A stretch of DNA of 61,050 nt from Gammaproteobacteria bacterium (GTDB taxonomy: Bacteria; Pseudomonadota; Gammaproteobacteria; UBA9214): NCBI GenBank assembly GCA_022340485.1, contig JAJDNX010000123.1:1-61050 (forward strand), written 5' to 3'. Shown in pieces: positions 39,991-50,239 of this stretch; position 1 is the first letter of the stretch; each line of letters opens with the position of its first letter. The position numbers and the translations under genes are program-made. The notes below the pieces were generated by a model. The model made no database searches. It saw nothing but the letters and a program-made list of their open reading frames with translations, and was not told the DNA's origin.

Positions 39991-41615
39991 GTGTTCGGTT
40001 GTTTGCCGTGGTCATGGTGTTGGCCGCGATCATCTGGTTTGCCATGCTGGGCCACCGGGACCTGGTAGAGCCTGATGAAGGACGTTATGCAGAAATCCCG
40101 CGCGAGATGGTGGCCAGTGGTGACTGGGTTACCCCACGCCTGAACGGTTTCAAGTACTTCGAGAAGCCAGCACTGCAATATTGGGCCACGGCTGTTGCCT
40201 ACACACTGTTTGGCGATAGCAGCACCACGGCGCGCTTGTGGCCGGCGCTGACAGGATTTCTGGGTGCACTCTGGGCCGGCTTCCTCGCACTGCGGCTTTA
40301 TGGTTGTTCCGCCGGATTTTACACCTTCCTGATTACCCTCAGCGGCTTGCTGTATTTCATCGACGGGCACTACCTGGTGCTGGACATGTCGCTCGCCGTT
40401 TTCCTGTTTATGGGGGTCGGTTGCCTGGTGCTGGCGCAGCGTTCGCGTGATAATCCGGTACGGTTGCGTAACTGGATGCTGGCTGGCTGGACGGCCCTGG
40501 CGCTGGCAACCCTGTCCAAGGGGCTCATCGGCGTGGTGCTGCCGGCGGCAACCGTGGTGATCTACAGCCTGTGGGCCCGTGACTGGATACTGTGGCGTAA
40601 CCTGCACCTGATCAAGGGCCTGCTGGTCTTCCTCCTGGTTACCGCACCCTGGTTTATCTCCGTCAGCCTTGCCAATCCGGAATTCCCGCGGTTTTTCTTT
40701 ATCCACGAGCACCTGCAGCGCTACACCTCGACAGTGCATCAGCGAGAGGGATCCCCCTGGTATTTCGTGCCGGTGTTTTTACTGGGTATCTTCCCATGGG
40801 TGGCACTGGCACTGAAGAGCCTGCTGCGGCCGGGGTTTAGCAGCCGTTCCCCGGGTGAAACGGCTTTTGATAGCGAGCGTTTCCTGTGGTCCTTTGCACT
40901 GCTGGTGTTCGTGTTCTTTTCTGCGGGTCAGTCAAAATTGCCCTCCTATATCCTGCCCATGATGCCGGCAGTAGCGATCATGGCCGGGAGGCGGCTGGCC
41001 ACGGAGGGCTATCACCGGGTTGACGGGTGGCTGCTCGCTATCATGTCCGTGGTATTGCTGCTAACCGGGTGGCAGGTGGCATTGCTGGAAAGCGATGTGA
41101 TCAGCGCCGAAATGTATCACGCCTATCGGCCCTGGATCTTTAGCGCGGCAGGCCTGTATATGGTTGCGTCCGTACTGGCGAATGCTGTGCGTAACTTGCG
41201 TGCCGGCCACATTACCGCCATTGCCCTGCTGGCATTACTGGCTGCACAAGTCCTGTTGCTGGGCTTCCAGTCGCTGTCTGCCTCCCGTTCCAGTCATGAC
41301 CTGGCCCGCGCCATCCGCGCCAATGTGCCGGAAGGTACCGAGGTCTTTGCCCTCGCCAGCTATCCGCAGTCGCTGGCATTCTACCTGAAACAGACACTGA
41401 CGCTGGTGATCGTAACCGACGAAATGAAGATGGGTATCGAACTGGAGCCGGATCGCTGGATCGGCAGCGAACAGGAATTCCGTGCTCGCTGGGACGCGGC
41501 TGATCAGGCCGTTGCGGTATTTCGTGCACATGATCTCGAGAAATACCGGCCATTGCTGGAGCCGCTACGCATCATCTACAGCAGCCCGCGGCGCACAGCC
41601 GTGGCGAAACCATGA
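39987..41615 (+). CDS. arnT: 4-amino-4-deoxy-L-arabinose transferase
   Basis: PDEGRYAEIPREM, YFEKPALQYW, FFIHEHLQRY, SKLPSYILP. Confidence 0.9.
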   Translation: MSVRLFAVVMVLAAIIWFAMLGHRDLVEPDEGRYAEIPREMVASGDWVTPRLNGFKYFEKPALQYWATAVAYTLFGDSSTTARLWPALTGFLGALWAGFLALRLYGCSAGFYTFLITLSGLLYFIDGHYLVLDMSLAVFLFMGVGCLVLAQRSRDNPVRLRNWMLAGWTALALATLSKGLIGVVLPAATVVIYSLWARDWILWRNLHLIKGLLVFLLVTAPWFISVSLANPEFPRFFFIHEHLQRYTSTVHQREGSPWYFVPVFLLGIFPWVALALKSLLRPGFSSRSPGETAFDSERFLWSFALLVFVFFSAGQSKLPSYILPMMPAVAIMAGRRLATEGYHRVDGWLLAIMSVVLLLTGWQVALLESDVISAEMYHAYRPWIFSAAGLYMVASVLANAVRNLRAGHITAIALLALLAAQVLLLGFQSLSASRSSHDLARAIRANVPEGTEVFALASYPQSLAFYLKQTLTLVIVTDEMKMGIELEPDRWIGSEQEFRARWDAADQAVAVFRAHDLEKYRPLLEPLRIIYSSPRRTAVAKP

Positions 41616-41693
41616 AAATCATGGTAGCCGGCCGGATATTGCCAGTACCGATAGCCGCGGGCATTTCCTGCTGGCGTCTTATATAATGCCGCG

Positions 41694-42065
41694 ATGACAC
41701 TGCCAGCCTTTACCCTCATCATGATCGGCGTTTTGCTGAATGCCATCGCACAGCTGGCCTTGAAGGCCAGTGTAAAAGACAGCGGCGCCATCGAATTGAG
41801 TGTCAGCAACATGCTACCAGCGGCGAGCCAGCTAATGACGGAGCCCTGGTTATGGGTCGGTCTGGGCTGTTACGGTATCAGTGTGATTGTCTGGATACTG
41901 GCGCTGTCCCGCGTGGATGTCAGTATTGCCTATCCCATGTTGTCTGTCGGCTATATCGTCAATGCATTCGCCGCCTATGCCCTGTTTGGCGAGGCACTTA
42001 CTCCAGCCCGCTTGCTTGGTATCGGGATTATCATTCTCGGCGTGACGGTACTGGCGCGCGCATGA
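41694..42065 (+). CDS. Undecaprenyl-P-Ara4N flippase subunit (ArnE/ArnF, SMR-like)
   Basis: AQLALK, WILALSRVDVSIAYPMLS, LFGE; 4 TM. Confidence 0.85.
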   Translation: MTLPAFTLIMIGVLLNAIAQLALKASVKDSGAIELSVSNMLPAASQLMTEPWLWVGLGCYGISVIVWILALSRVDVSIAYPMLSVGYIVNAFAAYALFGEALTPARLLGIGIIILGVTVLARA

Positions 42066-43183
42066 CCACCTTGCCGTTCACGCGACCTACGATCGGAGAG
42101 GATGAGCTGCAGGCGATTCGCGAGGTACTCGAAACCGGCTGGATCACCACCGGACCGAAGTCACTGGCGCTGGAACAGGCGCTGGCAGACTATATTGGCG
42201 GTGACGTACAGGTACGGGTTTTTAATTCTGCCACCAGTGCACTGGAAGCCTCCCTGCTTGCGGCGGGTATTGGTCCGGGTGACGAGGTCATTGTACCGGC
42301 GATCAGTTTTGTCGCGACCGCCAATGTGGTACTGCGAGCCGGTGCGCGCCCCGTGTTTGTCGAGGTCGACCTGCACAGTCGTAATCTTGATGCCGCTGCG
42401 GTCGCAGCGGCATGGACGCCGGCTACGCGCGCGGTTATCCCGGTGCATTTTGCCGGCCTGGCCGTGGACATGGAGCCCCTGTATGCACTGGCTGAAAAAC
42501 ATCAGTTGCTGCTGCTCGAGGATGCTGCGCAGGCAATTGGCACTGAGTATCAGGGCAGGAAAATCGGTGCCAGCGGTAACCCGGTGAGTTTCAGTTTTCA
42601 TCCTAACAAGAACATGACCACCATCGAGGGTGGAGCTGTCGCCAGCACGGATGCCGATTTCATGAAGCGACTGGAACGGCTGCGATTTCATGGCATAGAG
42701 CGCGACGCTGACGGCAATATTGATGTCACCGTCTGGGGTGGAAAAATGAACCTGCCGGATGTCAATGCGGCAGTCGGGATGGTCCAGTTGATGCGGCTCG
42801 ACCGTTTCAACCAGCGTCGCCGCGAACTGGCACAGCGTTATTTTCAGTTATTGCCAGTCAATGAAACGCTGGTGCTGCCGGCTGATGACGCAGGTCACAG
42901 CTGGCACATGTTCTGTGTCTGCATTGACCACGTGGCACTCGGTAAAACCCGGGCCGAGATAATGTCGCACTTCAGCGAGCACGGCATCACCGTGGGTACT
43001 CACTATCCTGCCATGCATCTGTTTTCCCTGTACCGCCAGTTTGGCTACAGCGAGGGTGATTTCCCCGTTGCAGAAAAGATCGGGGCACAGACACTGACGC
43101 TGCCATTGTTCCCGGCAATGACGGAAGCAGATGTGGATCATGTGTGTGCGACAGTGACGGCCATTGTCTCGGGTCAGATATGA
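42062..43183 (+). CDS. arnB: UDP-4-amino-4-deoxy-L-arabinose aminotransferase (DegT family)
   Basis: LPFTRP, GWITTGPK, EDAAQA, FSFHPNKNMTTIEGG; ATGA overlap. Confidence 0.9.
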   Translation: MTTLPFTRPTIGEDELQAIREVLETGWITTGPKSLALEQALADYIGGDVQVRVFNSATSALEASLLAAGIGPGDEVIVPAISFVATANVVLRAGARPVFVEVDLHSRNLDAAAVAAAWTPATRAVIPVHFAGLAVDMEPLYALAEKHQLLLLEDAAQAIGTEYQGRKIGASGNPVSFSFHPNKNMTTIEGGAVASTDADFMKRLERLRFHGIERDADGNIDVTVWGGKMNLPDVNAAVGMVQLMRLDRFNQRRRELAQRYFQLLPVNETLVLPADDAGHSWHMFCVCIDHVALGKTRAEIMSHFSEHGITVGTHYPAMHLFSLYRQFGYSEGDFPVAEKIGAQTLTLPLFPAMTEADVDHVCATVTAIVSGQI

Positions 43184-43211
43184 CCCGGATTCCTGTCCAA
43201 GGAATACTGTA

Positions 43212-44183
43212 ATGACCTCCACGCCACAGCCCGATCTATCTATTATTATCCCGGTGTACAACGAGCAGGACGTGTTGCCCCTGTTGTTCACCCGCCTGTA
43301 CCCGGTGCTTGATGGTCTTGGACGCAGTTATGAGGTAGTGCTGGTTGATGATGGCAGTCATGACCGTTCGCCCGGACTGTTACGCAAGCAATACCATGAA
43401 AGGCCGGAGGTAACACGCGTGGTGCTGCTGCGTGCCAATGCCGGACAACACGCGGCACTCACGGCTGGTTTTGAGTATTCGCAGGGGAGATACGTCATTA
43501 CCCTGGATGCGGACTTGCAGAACCCGCCCGAGGAAATTCCCAAGCTGCTGGCCGCGGTAGACAAGGGCCACGATTATGTGGGCTCCATTCGCAACATTCG
43601 TCATGACAGTCGCTGGCGCCACTGGGCCTCGCGTGCCATGAACTGGGTGCGTGAGAAAATTACCAGCATACAGATGACGGACCAGGGCTGCATGTTCAGG
43701 GCCTATGACCGGAATATCATCCAGGCGATACTCGACTCGCGCGAGTCGCAGACCTTTATTCCTGCACTTGCCTATACCTTTGCGGGTAATCCGGTCGAGG
43801 TGGTCGTGGAGCACGAGGAACGCGCCGCCGGCCAGTCAAAATATTCCCTGTTCAAGCTGATCCATCTGAACTTTGACCTGATGACCAGTTTCTCGATTGT
43901 ACCGTTGCAGATTTTTTCGCTGATCGGCATGGGGATTGCTGTTATTTCCTTTTTGTTCGTAATTTACCTGGGCGTGCGCCGGCTTATGATCGGACCGGAA
44001 GTCGAAGGTCTGTTCACATTGTTTGCAATCGCCTTTTTTCTGATCGGTATCCTGTTATTCGGTATCGGTATGCTGGGTGAATACATCGGCAGGATTTATG
44101 TGCAGGTGCGCCAGCGTCCACGCTTTCTCATTGGTACGGTACTGGGAGCGGGAGAGTCGTCACAGGACGACAACGACGCATGA
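43212..44183 (+). CDS. arnC: Undecaprenyl-phosphate Ara4FN transferase (GT2)
   Basis: IIPVYNE, DDGS, LDADLQNPPEEIP, two C-terminal TM. Confidence 0.9.
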   Translation: MTSTPQPDLSIIIPVYNEQDVLPLLFTRLYPVLDGLGRSYEVVLVDDGSHDRSPGLLRKQYHERPEVTRVVLLRANAGQHAALTAGFEYSQGRYVITLDADLQNPPEEIPKLLAAVDKGHDYVGSIRNIRHDSRWRHWASRAMNWVREKITSIQMTDQGCMFRAYDRNIIQAILDSRESQTFIPALAYTFAGNPVEVVVEHEERAAGQSKYSLFKLIHLNFDLMTSFSIVPLQIFSLIGMGIAVISFLFVIYLGVRRLMIGPEVEGLFTLFAIAFFLIGILLFGIGMLGEYIGRIYVQVRQRPRFLIGTVLGAGESSQDDNDA

Positions 44184-45112
44184 GTGCTATAGCAAAGCGA
44201 GCCGTGGTGTTCGCCTACCATGACGTCGGTGTTCGGGGACTGTCGGTATTGCTTGCACTGGGCGTGGATGTTCGACTGGTCGTCACGCATGACGACGACC
44301 CGGCTGAAACCATCTGGTTTTCCAGTGTCGCTGAACTGGCGGCGCTTAACGATATCCCGGTGATTGCACCCCCGGATCCCAATGCAGCTGATGTCGTTGA
44401 GCGGGTGCGCGCCTGTCAGCCGGATGTGCTGTTTTCGTTTTACTATCGCCATATGCTCGGTGCGGAGCTATTGCAGATCCCTGTGATCGGTGCGTACAAC
44501 CTGCACGGCTCCCTGTTGCCGAAGTACCGTGGCCGGGTGCCGGTTAACTGGGCCGTGCTGCAAGGAGAGACGGAGACCGGTGCCAGCCTGCACCGCATGG
44601 AGATCAAGCCCGATGCAGGAGCGCTGGTGGGCCAGCAGGCGGTCGCTATTCTGCCGAACGACACCGCGCATGTGGTGTTTCGAAAAGTCACTTGTGCGGC
44701 AGAACAGCTATTGCTACGGTGCGTACCGTTGCTGCTGAATGGAGTTGCGCAGGAGACTGCACTGGATTTGTCCGCGGGCAGCTATTTTGGTGGCCGTCGG
44801 CCGGAAGATGGCCGTATCGACTGGCATAGACCGGCCAGCACCATTCATAACCTGATCCGTGCAGTGGCACCCCCTTATCCAGGTGCGTTTTTCATCATCA
44901 AGGGAACCAGGCTGCAGGTTCTGGGCAGTTATTACCGTGCCCTGCCGGCCCTCGGCCAGGCGCCGCGGCTCTACTGGCAGGATGGCCATTGCCGCGCAGA
45001 CTGCGTAGACAAGCGACGACTTGAACTAACCGCCCTTGCCATTGATGGCAAGGCGCTGGATGAACGGGGTTTCCAGGCGCGGTTTGGCGCAGCAGAAGTC
45101 GATCTTACTTGA
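44180..45112 (+). CDS. arnA: UDP-Ara4N formyltransferase (ArnA N-terminal half as separate gene)
   Basis: VVFAYHDVG, FSFYYR, NLHGSLLPKYRGRVP, YFGGRRPEDG. Confidence 0.88.
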   Translation: MSAIAKRAVVFAYHDVGVRGLSVLLALGVDVRLVVTHDDDPAETIWFSSVAELAALNDIPVIAPPDPNAADVVERVRACQPDVLFSFYYRHMLGAELLQIPVIGAYNLHGSLLPKYRGRVPVNWAVLQGETETGASLHRMEIKPDAGALVGQQAVAILPNDTAHVVFRKVTCAAEQLLLRCVPLLLNGVAQETALDLSAGSYFGGRRPEDGRIDWHRPASTIHNLIRAVAPPYPGAFFIIKGTRLQVLGSYYRALPALGQAPRLYWQDGHCRADCVDKRRLELTALAIDGKALDERGFQARFGAAEVDLT

Positions 45113-45137
45113 AGCAAATTGTTACAGGAGCACTAAT

Positions 45138-46178
45138 GTGAATATTCTGATCCTCGGGGTGAATGGATTTATCGGTCACCACCTGTCGAAACTGATTCTT
45201 GCAAGCACCTCGTGGCATGTCTATGGAATGGACATGCAATCAATGCGGGTTGCCGACCTGATGGATAACGAACGTTTCCATTTTTTTGAAGGTGATATCA
45301 CCATCAACCATGAATGGGTCGAGTATCACATCAGGAAGTGCGACGTGGTGTTGCCGCTGGTGGCCATCGCCACACCTGCAACCTACGTGCAGAATCCACT
45401 GGCGGTTTTCGAACTCGACTTCGAGGCGAACCTGCCGATTGTGCGCCATTGTGTCAAATACAGGAAACGGGTCCTGTTTCCATCGACTTCTGAAGTCTAC
45501 GGCATGTGCACAGACAGTGAATTCCATCCGTACGAGTCTCCACTGGTACTGGGTCCCCTCACCAAGCAACGCTGGATCTATTCCTGCTCCAAGCAGCTGA
45601 TGGACCGGGTCATCGCCGCCTATGGCCAGCAGCAGGGTTTTGACTACACCCTGTTCCGGCCATTTAACTGGATCGGCCCCGGACTCGACAGCCTGCATAC
45701 ACCCAAGGAGGGCAGTTCGCGGGTGGTCACCCAGTTCCTGGGACACATTGCTCGTGGTGAGCCGATCAAGCTGGTTGATGGTGGCAAGCAGCGTCGCAGC
45801 TTTACCAACTATAGTGACGGTGTCGCGGCACTGTTGAAGATCATCGAGAACAAGGGCGGTGTGGCGACAGGCAAGATCTACAATATCGGTAATCCGCAGA
45901 ATGACCTTTCGGTTCGCGAGCTGGCCGAGATGATGCTGGAGATCGCGATGGAGTTTCCCGAATACAGCGCCGGGGCCAGCGAGGTGACGCTGGTCGATGT
46001 GAGTTCCTCGAGATACTACGGCGAAGGCTATCAGGATATCCAGACACGCGTGCCCTGGATTGAAAATACCCGAAAGGAGCTGGACTGGGAACCTCAGGTG
46101 AGCGTGCGAGATGCCCTCAGAAGCATTTTCGACGCCTACCGTCACGAGGTTTCCGAAGCGCGTGCGTTGCTGGATTAG
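45138..46178 (+). CDS. arnA: UDP-glucuronate oxidase/decarboxylase (ArnA C-terminal half as separate gene)
   Basis: ILGVNGFIGHH, FELDFEANL, STSEVYG, RWIYSCSKQL; own AGGAG RBS and GTG start. Confidence 0.9.
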   Translation: MNILILGVNGFIGHHLSKLILASTSWHVYGMDMQSMRVADLMDNERFHFFEGDITINHEWVEYHIRKCDVVLPLVAIATPATYVQNPLAVFELDFEANLPIVRHCVKYRKRVLFPSTSEVYGMCTDSEFHPYESPLVLGPLTKQRWIYSCSKQLMDRVIAAYGQQQGFDYTLFRPFNWIGPGLDSLHTPKEGSSRVVTQFLGHIARGEPIKLVDGGKQRRSFTNYSDGVAALLKIIENKGGVATGKIYNIGNPQNDLSVRELAEMMLEIAMEFPEYSAGASEVTLVDVSSSRYYGEGYQDIQTRVPWIENTRKELDWEPQVSVRDALRSIFDAYRHEVSEARALLD

Positions 46179-46190
46179 GTTCTGCAGCAC

Positions 46191-47090
46191 ATGCAGGTGG
46201 CACTGAAGGTTGATGTCGATACCTTGCGCGGCACTCAGGAAGGAGTGCCAGCGCTGTTACGGCTGTTTGACCAGTACCAGGTTCGGGCAACCTTTTTGTT
46301 CAGCCTTGGACCGGACCACACCGGTCGTGCGCTGCGGCGGGTATTTCGCCCGGGTTTTCTTGCCAAGGTGCGACGCACCTCGGTTGCCAGTCACTACGGT
46401 CTGAAGACGCTGATGTATGGCACGCTGTTACCCGGACCACATATCGGCCGACGCGCAGGGCACATCATGCGCGATGTGCTGGCAGCCGGCCACGAGGTCG
46501 GTATTCATTGCTATGACCACATACGCTGGCAAGACTTCGTGGCAAACAGGAATGCTGAATGGACGCGGCATGAAATGCAACGCGCAATGGATGTGTTTCA
46601 GGATGTTTTCGGCCACCGCGCAGAAGTGATCGGTGCGGCGGGCTGGCAGATCAATGCACATGCTCTGGCCCTGGAAGAGGAGCTTGGTTTCCGTTATGCC
46701 AGCGATGTCCGCGGCGAGTCGGCCTTTTACCCGCTAATGGAGGGTGTCGCCTCCCGCTGTGTGCAGATTCCTACCACACTGCCGACACTGGACGAATTGA
46801 TTGGCAGTGATGATATGTCTGCTGCGAATGTACACGAGGTAGTGTTTGATGCCAGTCGCAAGGCGTTGCCCGATGGTCATGTCTATACCCTGCATGCGGA
46901 ACTGGAGGGTATGGCGTTGTCTCCCGTGATGCAGCGCCTGTTGGGTGCCTGGCAGGCGGCGGGCGATACGCTCGGAACCTTGCGCGACACCTTTGCGACG
47001 CTCGACCAGGCAGCGCTGCCGACCAGGCCGGTGGTATGGGATCAGGTGCCGGGTCGTTCGGGGGTGCTGGCAGTGCAGGGGGCTTCCTGA
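46191..47090 (+). CDS. arnD: Ara4FN deformylase / polysaccharide deacetylase
   Basis: LKVDVDTLRG, GPDHTGR, HEVGIH, PTTLPTLDE, YTLHAELEG. Confidence 0.88.
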   Translation: MQVALKVDVDTLRGTQEGVPALLRLFDQYQVRATFLFSLGPDHTGRALRRVFRPGFLAKVRRTSVASHYGLKTLMYGTLLPGPHIGRRAGHIMRDVLAAGHEVGIHCYDHIRWQDFVANRNAEWTRHEMQRAMDVFQDVFGHRAEVIGAAGWQINAHALALEEELGFRYASDVRGESAFYPLMEGVASRCVQIPTTLPTLDELIGSDDMSAANVHEVVFDASRKALPDGHVYTLHAELEGMALSPVMQRLLGAWQAAGDTLGTLRDTFATLDQAALPTRPVVWDQVPGRSGVLAVQGAS

Positions 47091-47127
47091 CTGCCAGCCG
47101 CGCTGGGACCCATTGAGCCCCAGAGTC

Positions 47128-48783
47128 CTAGCGGTGCTGGCGGTCCTGGCGGCGCCAGCGATCCACAATATCATCAATATCCAGGTCGCTAGGCCCGGTC
47201 ACCCAGTGGCGGAAGAAATCGACACTGGAACTGTTCGGGGGTGGGTCAGGCTTGTAGAGCTGTACCCGGGTTGGCAACGGTACCGCCAGTCCCATGATCA
47301 TGGCTTCGCCCTGGCCCAGCGATGACAGCACATTGATGAAATCACTTTCAGCTTCCGGCACCAGGTCGCGTACATAGTTCTGGTCGTCCGGGTTGGTGAG
47401 GCGCAGACATACAAACGTGCTGCACTGTGCCAGCACGGTTTCTGATAACTCATGTGGTCGCTGTGTCACCACTGCGAGGCCGACGCCGTATTTACGCCCT
47501 TCCTTGGCAATGCGCTGCATGGAGCGACGGGTGCCTTCGTACTGCGAACCACCTTCACGCGGGATGTAGGCATGAGCCTCCTCGCACACCAGCAGCAAAG
47601 GGAATTCCTTGAATTTCGGATTCCAGTAATTGAACTCAAACGCCAGTCGACCAATCTGCGCGGTCACCACCGGCCGCACATCGAAGGGCACAGAGCTCAG
47701 ATCAATGATCGTAACCTGCGCCCTGGGGTCACCAAGGCCGACAAAGTCGCGCAACAACCCTGACATGGAGCCGGAAGAAGTACGGTGCTTTGGCTGCAGC
47801 AGAAAATCGTAACGCATGTCGTTCATACGGCTCTGCAGGCGCATCAGGAACTGGTCAAACAGGCCGGCAAGTGCGCCCTTTTGCTTGCCGAAGTTGGACG
47901 TCATCTTGTTCGCTTCTTCGAAGTAAGAATACAGTTCAGTCAGCGAGAAGTAGACCGGGGAGTCTATCGAGATATCACCCAGCTCCAGTTCCCTGTTGGA
48001 CTTGTTACGCAGGTCATGCACACTGTCACGCAGGAAAGCGATTTGCGAAGAAGCACTGTCATCGCTGCGGTCGATCAACAGGTCCACCAGTTCGGCGAAG
48101 GTCATCAGCCAGTAGGGGATCTCCAGTTCCCGTGCATCAATATAACGGGTAACCTTTTTGTCAAACGCATGTTGACGATTACCTTGATTGTCTTCCCAGC
48201 TGTACTCGCCATGCAGGTCAAGAAGGATAATATGTGCTTTGGGCATCGACTTGACTGCGCGCTGCAGCAGGTTGGCAACGGTCCATGACTTGCCTGCGCC
48301 AGACTGTCCGAGAATGGCAAAGTGGCGACCAAACAGGGCGGCAGGATCCAGGCAGACATCAATAGAGTGGTCGGCGGAAGCAACCCCGACGGAATAACCC
48401 TGGGCGCGGAACTTGACGAAGATGGATTCGACTTCTTCCTTGCTTACGGTGTGTACTTCTGCACCGGTGACAGGAAAACTTGTAATGCCGTTCTGGAAAA
48501 CACCACCGGGAGAGACTTCACCGAGCGGGATTAGCTTGATGTGTTTGCGGGTACCGTTCCCGCTTGCTGCAGGGATCTCCTGGATGGATTTAATAATTGC
48601 GAGCAGCTTGATCTTGCCCTGTGTGATTGCAACATAGGAGCCCGGTTGGCCGCTCATGTCACTGTCATGCTGGATGGCGATGCGTGGCAGCCGGCCTTCA
48701 GTGGCTTCTACCAGTGTTGCCTCAAGTGCGCCGGTTTCTACTCTGGTAACTTGCCCTATTAACGTTTTGGTATACGGTGTCAT
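47128..48783 (-). CDS. HerA/FtsK-like ATPase (DUF87 type)
   Basis: N-terminal HAS-barrel-like region, RHFAILGQSGAGKS, DLHGEY, LLVCEEAH, RIAKEGRKYG, TQRP. Confidence 0.88.
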   Translation of the reverse strand: MTPYTKTLIGQVTRVETGALEATLVEATEGRLPRIAIQHDSDMSGQPGSYVAITQGKIKLLAIIKSIQEIPAASGNGTRKHIKLIPLGEVSPGGVFQNGITSFPVTGAEVHTVSKEEVESIFVKFRAQGYSVGVASADHSIDVCLDPAALFGRHFAILGQSGAGKSWTVANLLQRAVKSMPKAHIILLDLHGEYSWEDNQGNRQHAFDKKVTRYIDARELEIPYWLMTFAELVDLLIDRSDDSASSQIAFLRDSVHDLRNKSNRELELGDISIDSPVYFSLTELYSYFEEANKMTSNFGKQKGALAGLFDQFLMRLQSRMNDMRYDFLLQPKHRTSSGSMSGLLRDFVGLGDPRAQVTIIDLSSVPFDVRPVVTAQIGRLAFEFNYWNPKFKEFPLLLVCEEAHAYIPREGGSQYEGTRRSMQRIAKEGRKYGVGLAVVTQRPHELSETVLAQCSTFVCLRLTNPDDQNYVRDLVPEAESDFINVLSSLGQGEAMIMGLAVPLPTRVQLYKPDPPPNSSSVDFFRHWVTGPSDLDIDDIVDRWRRQDRQHR

Positions 48784-48916
48784 TGCCGGGTTTCCTTTGG
48801 ACTAAATCAGTAAAGAGCTGCCCAGGGATCACCAATGGGCAGCTCTCAGGATTTAACGGCAGCGCTAGCGGTATGTTTAAATCATTCGCCAGCGCGCCCG
48901 GCAAGGTGTCTCTGCC

Positions 48917-49522
48917 TCAGTAGCGAGTCGCTATCCCCGGGCGGTACAGGCTCCGGAACTGGTTGCGGTAGTAGACCACGGCACTGTTGCCCCCGGCCTT
49001 TACATCGAAGATCTTCCAGCCGGCTTCGCTCTTGTAGAAGCGAAACTCCAGCTTGGTGGGGATGCCGTTCGGTTGCATGATCCAGGCGCTGACCCGCACA
49101 TCATCGGTGCCTTGTCCGCGTGGTGTGAAGTAACGGATGGGCTGGTTGGTGTAGCTGGTGAGCTTCTGTGCCAGCGTGGTCATGAAGGCCTGCGTCAGCT
49201 GCTCTTGCATGACGGCACGTTGCTCGGGTGTCATGGTCCGCCATGCCGGGCCGGCTGCCCAGCGAGCCATATAGTTGAAGTCAAAATAGGGTGCCACTTC
49301 TGATTCCAGAAAAATTCTGGCTTGCTCGGGGTTCTGGGCGCCACCATTGCGGATGAACGTGGTCAGTTTGTTAATGCCCGTCTTGACGATGTTCGCCGGT
49401 GCGGATGAGTCAGACTGGGGTGCTGGATAATAAGAAGGGTAAGGTGAGTAGGGTGCTGCGAATACGGTGCTTGCGAATGTGGGAACGAGAACAAGAAAAA
49501 TAGCCAGTAGATTAGCTTTCAT
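48917..49522 (-). CDS. mlaC: MlaC/Ttg2D-family periplasmic protein
   Basis: PYFDFNYMARWAAGPAWR, WKIFDV..G.S.VVYYRNQF; signal peptide; no other mla genes nearby. Confidence 0.75.
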   Translation of the reverse strand: MKANLLAIFLVLVPTFASTVFAAPYSPYPSYYPAPQSDSSAPANIVKTGINKLTTFIRNGGAQNPEQARIFLESEVAPYFDFNYMARWAAGPAWRTMTPEQRAVMQEQLTQAFMTTLAQKLTSYTNQPIRYFTPRGQGTDDVRVSAWIMQPNGIPTKLEFRFYKSEAGWKIFDVKAGGNSAVVYYRNQFRSLYRPGIATRY

Positions 49523-49619
49523 TTAGGCCTCTGTAATTGTGCTGGGTGTTTGGAAGAAAAACAGGCTGGCATTTGCCAGCCTGCGACTTCCGTCTTATAC
49601 ACCAGACGGCCAGCTGTTT

Positions 49620-49651
49620 CCAGCGCATGCGTATAAAAACGCATGCGCTGG
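49620..49651 (-). terminator. 13-bp stem-loop downstream of sulfur globule gene
   Basis: CCAGCGCATGCGT-ATAAAA-ACGCATGCGCTGG. Confidence 0.6.
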
Positions 49652-49664
49652 TCAGGAGTAGCGA

Positions 49665-50054
49665 CTACTGAGCGGTAGCCGGTGCAGCCGGTGCAGCCGC
49701 CGGTGCAGCCGGTGCTACAGGGGCATAACCATAGGGAGCACCCCATCCATAACCAGGATAACCATATGGACCGTAGCCATACGGACCGTAGCCACCATAG
49801 TAATCGCCATAACCACGTCCATAACCACGTCCATAACCATGGCCACGACCACTACCGCTACCGTACATGTTGAAGCCAAAATCGCCATCACCGAAGAAAT
49901 CGCCAAGGCCATCACCCCAGCCATCACCCCAGCCATCATTGTAACCACGATTACCCCATGGGCCCCAGCCACCCCAAGCATGTGCGGATGTCATTGGAAG
50001 CGCGACCAGAGTGCCAAGCGCGGCTGCTGCCAGTGTAAGTTTCAATGTCTTCAT
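49665..50054 (-). CDS. Sulfur globule protein (SgpA/B, CV1/CV2-like)
   Basis: Signal peptide ending AHA; WGGWGPW; GDGDFGFNM; GYGR and YGPYG repeats; Pro/Ala tail; AGGAGG RBS. Confidence 0.8.
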   Translation of the reverse strand: MKTLKLTLAAAALGTLVALPMTSAHAWGGWGPWGNRGYNDGWGDGWGDGLGDFFGDGDFGFNMYGSGSGRGHGYGRGYGRGYGDYYGGYGPYGYGPYGYPGYGWGAPYGYAPVAPAAPAAAPAAPATAQ

Positions 50055-50134
50055 CAAGATACCTCCTGTTTTTAGTCTAAAGTGCGTCATTTAGATGACG
50101 GCACCAATTCTCTGAGAACCAAGAACAAAATGAA

Positions 50135-50148
50135 TTGACCTGCGTCAA
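50135..50148. promoter_or_regulatory. FNR-like palindrome between sgp and cytochrome c-DUF302
   Basis: TTGAC-CTGC-GTCAA. Confidence 0.6.
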
Positions 50149-50239
50149 GATAGTGGCAGTTTTATCTGGCTATTGTTCCCATTGGTGAGAATATTAGTCA
50201 TTCACGTTAGACTCACTGCTACGATGACCAGAGAAAAAG

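Noticed and set aside
44180-46178. arnA split as a frameshifted pseudogene
   Set aside because: Both halves are complete domains and the second has its own AGGAG RBS; split arnA is a known natural arrangement.
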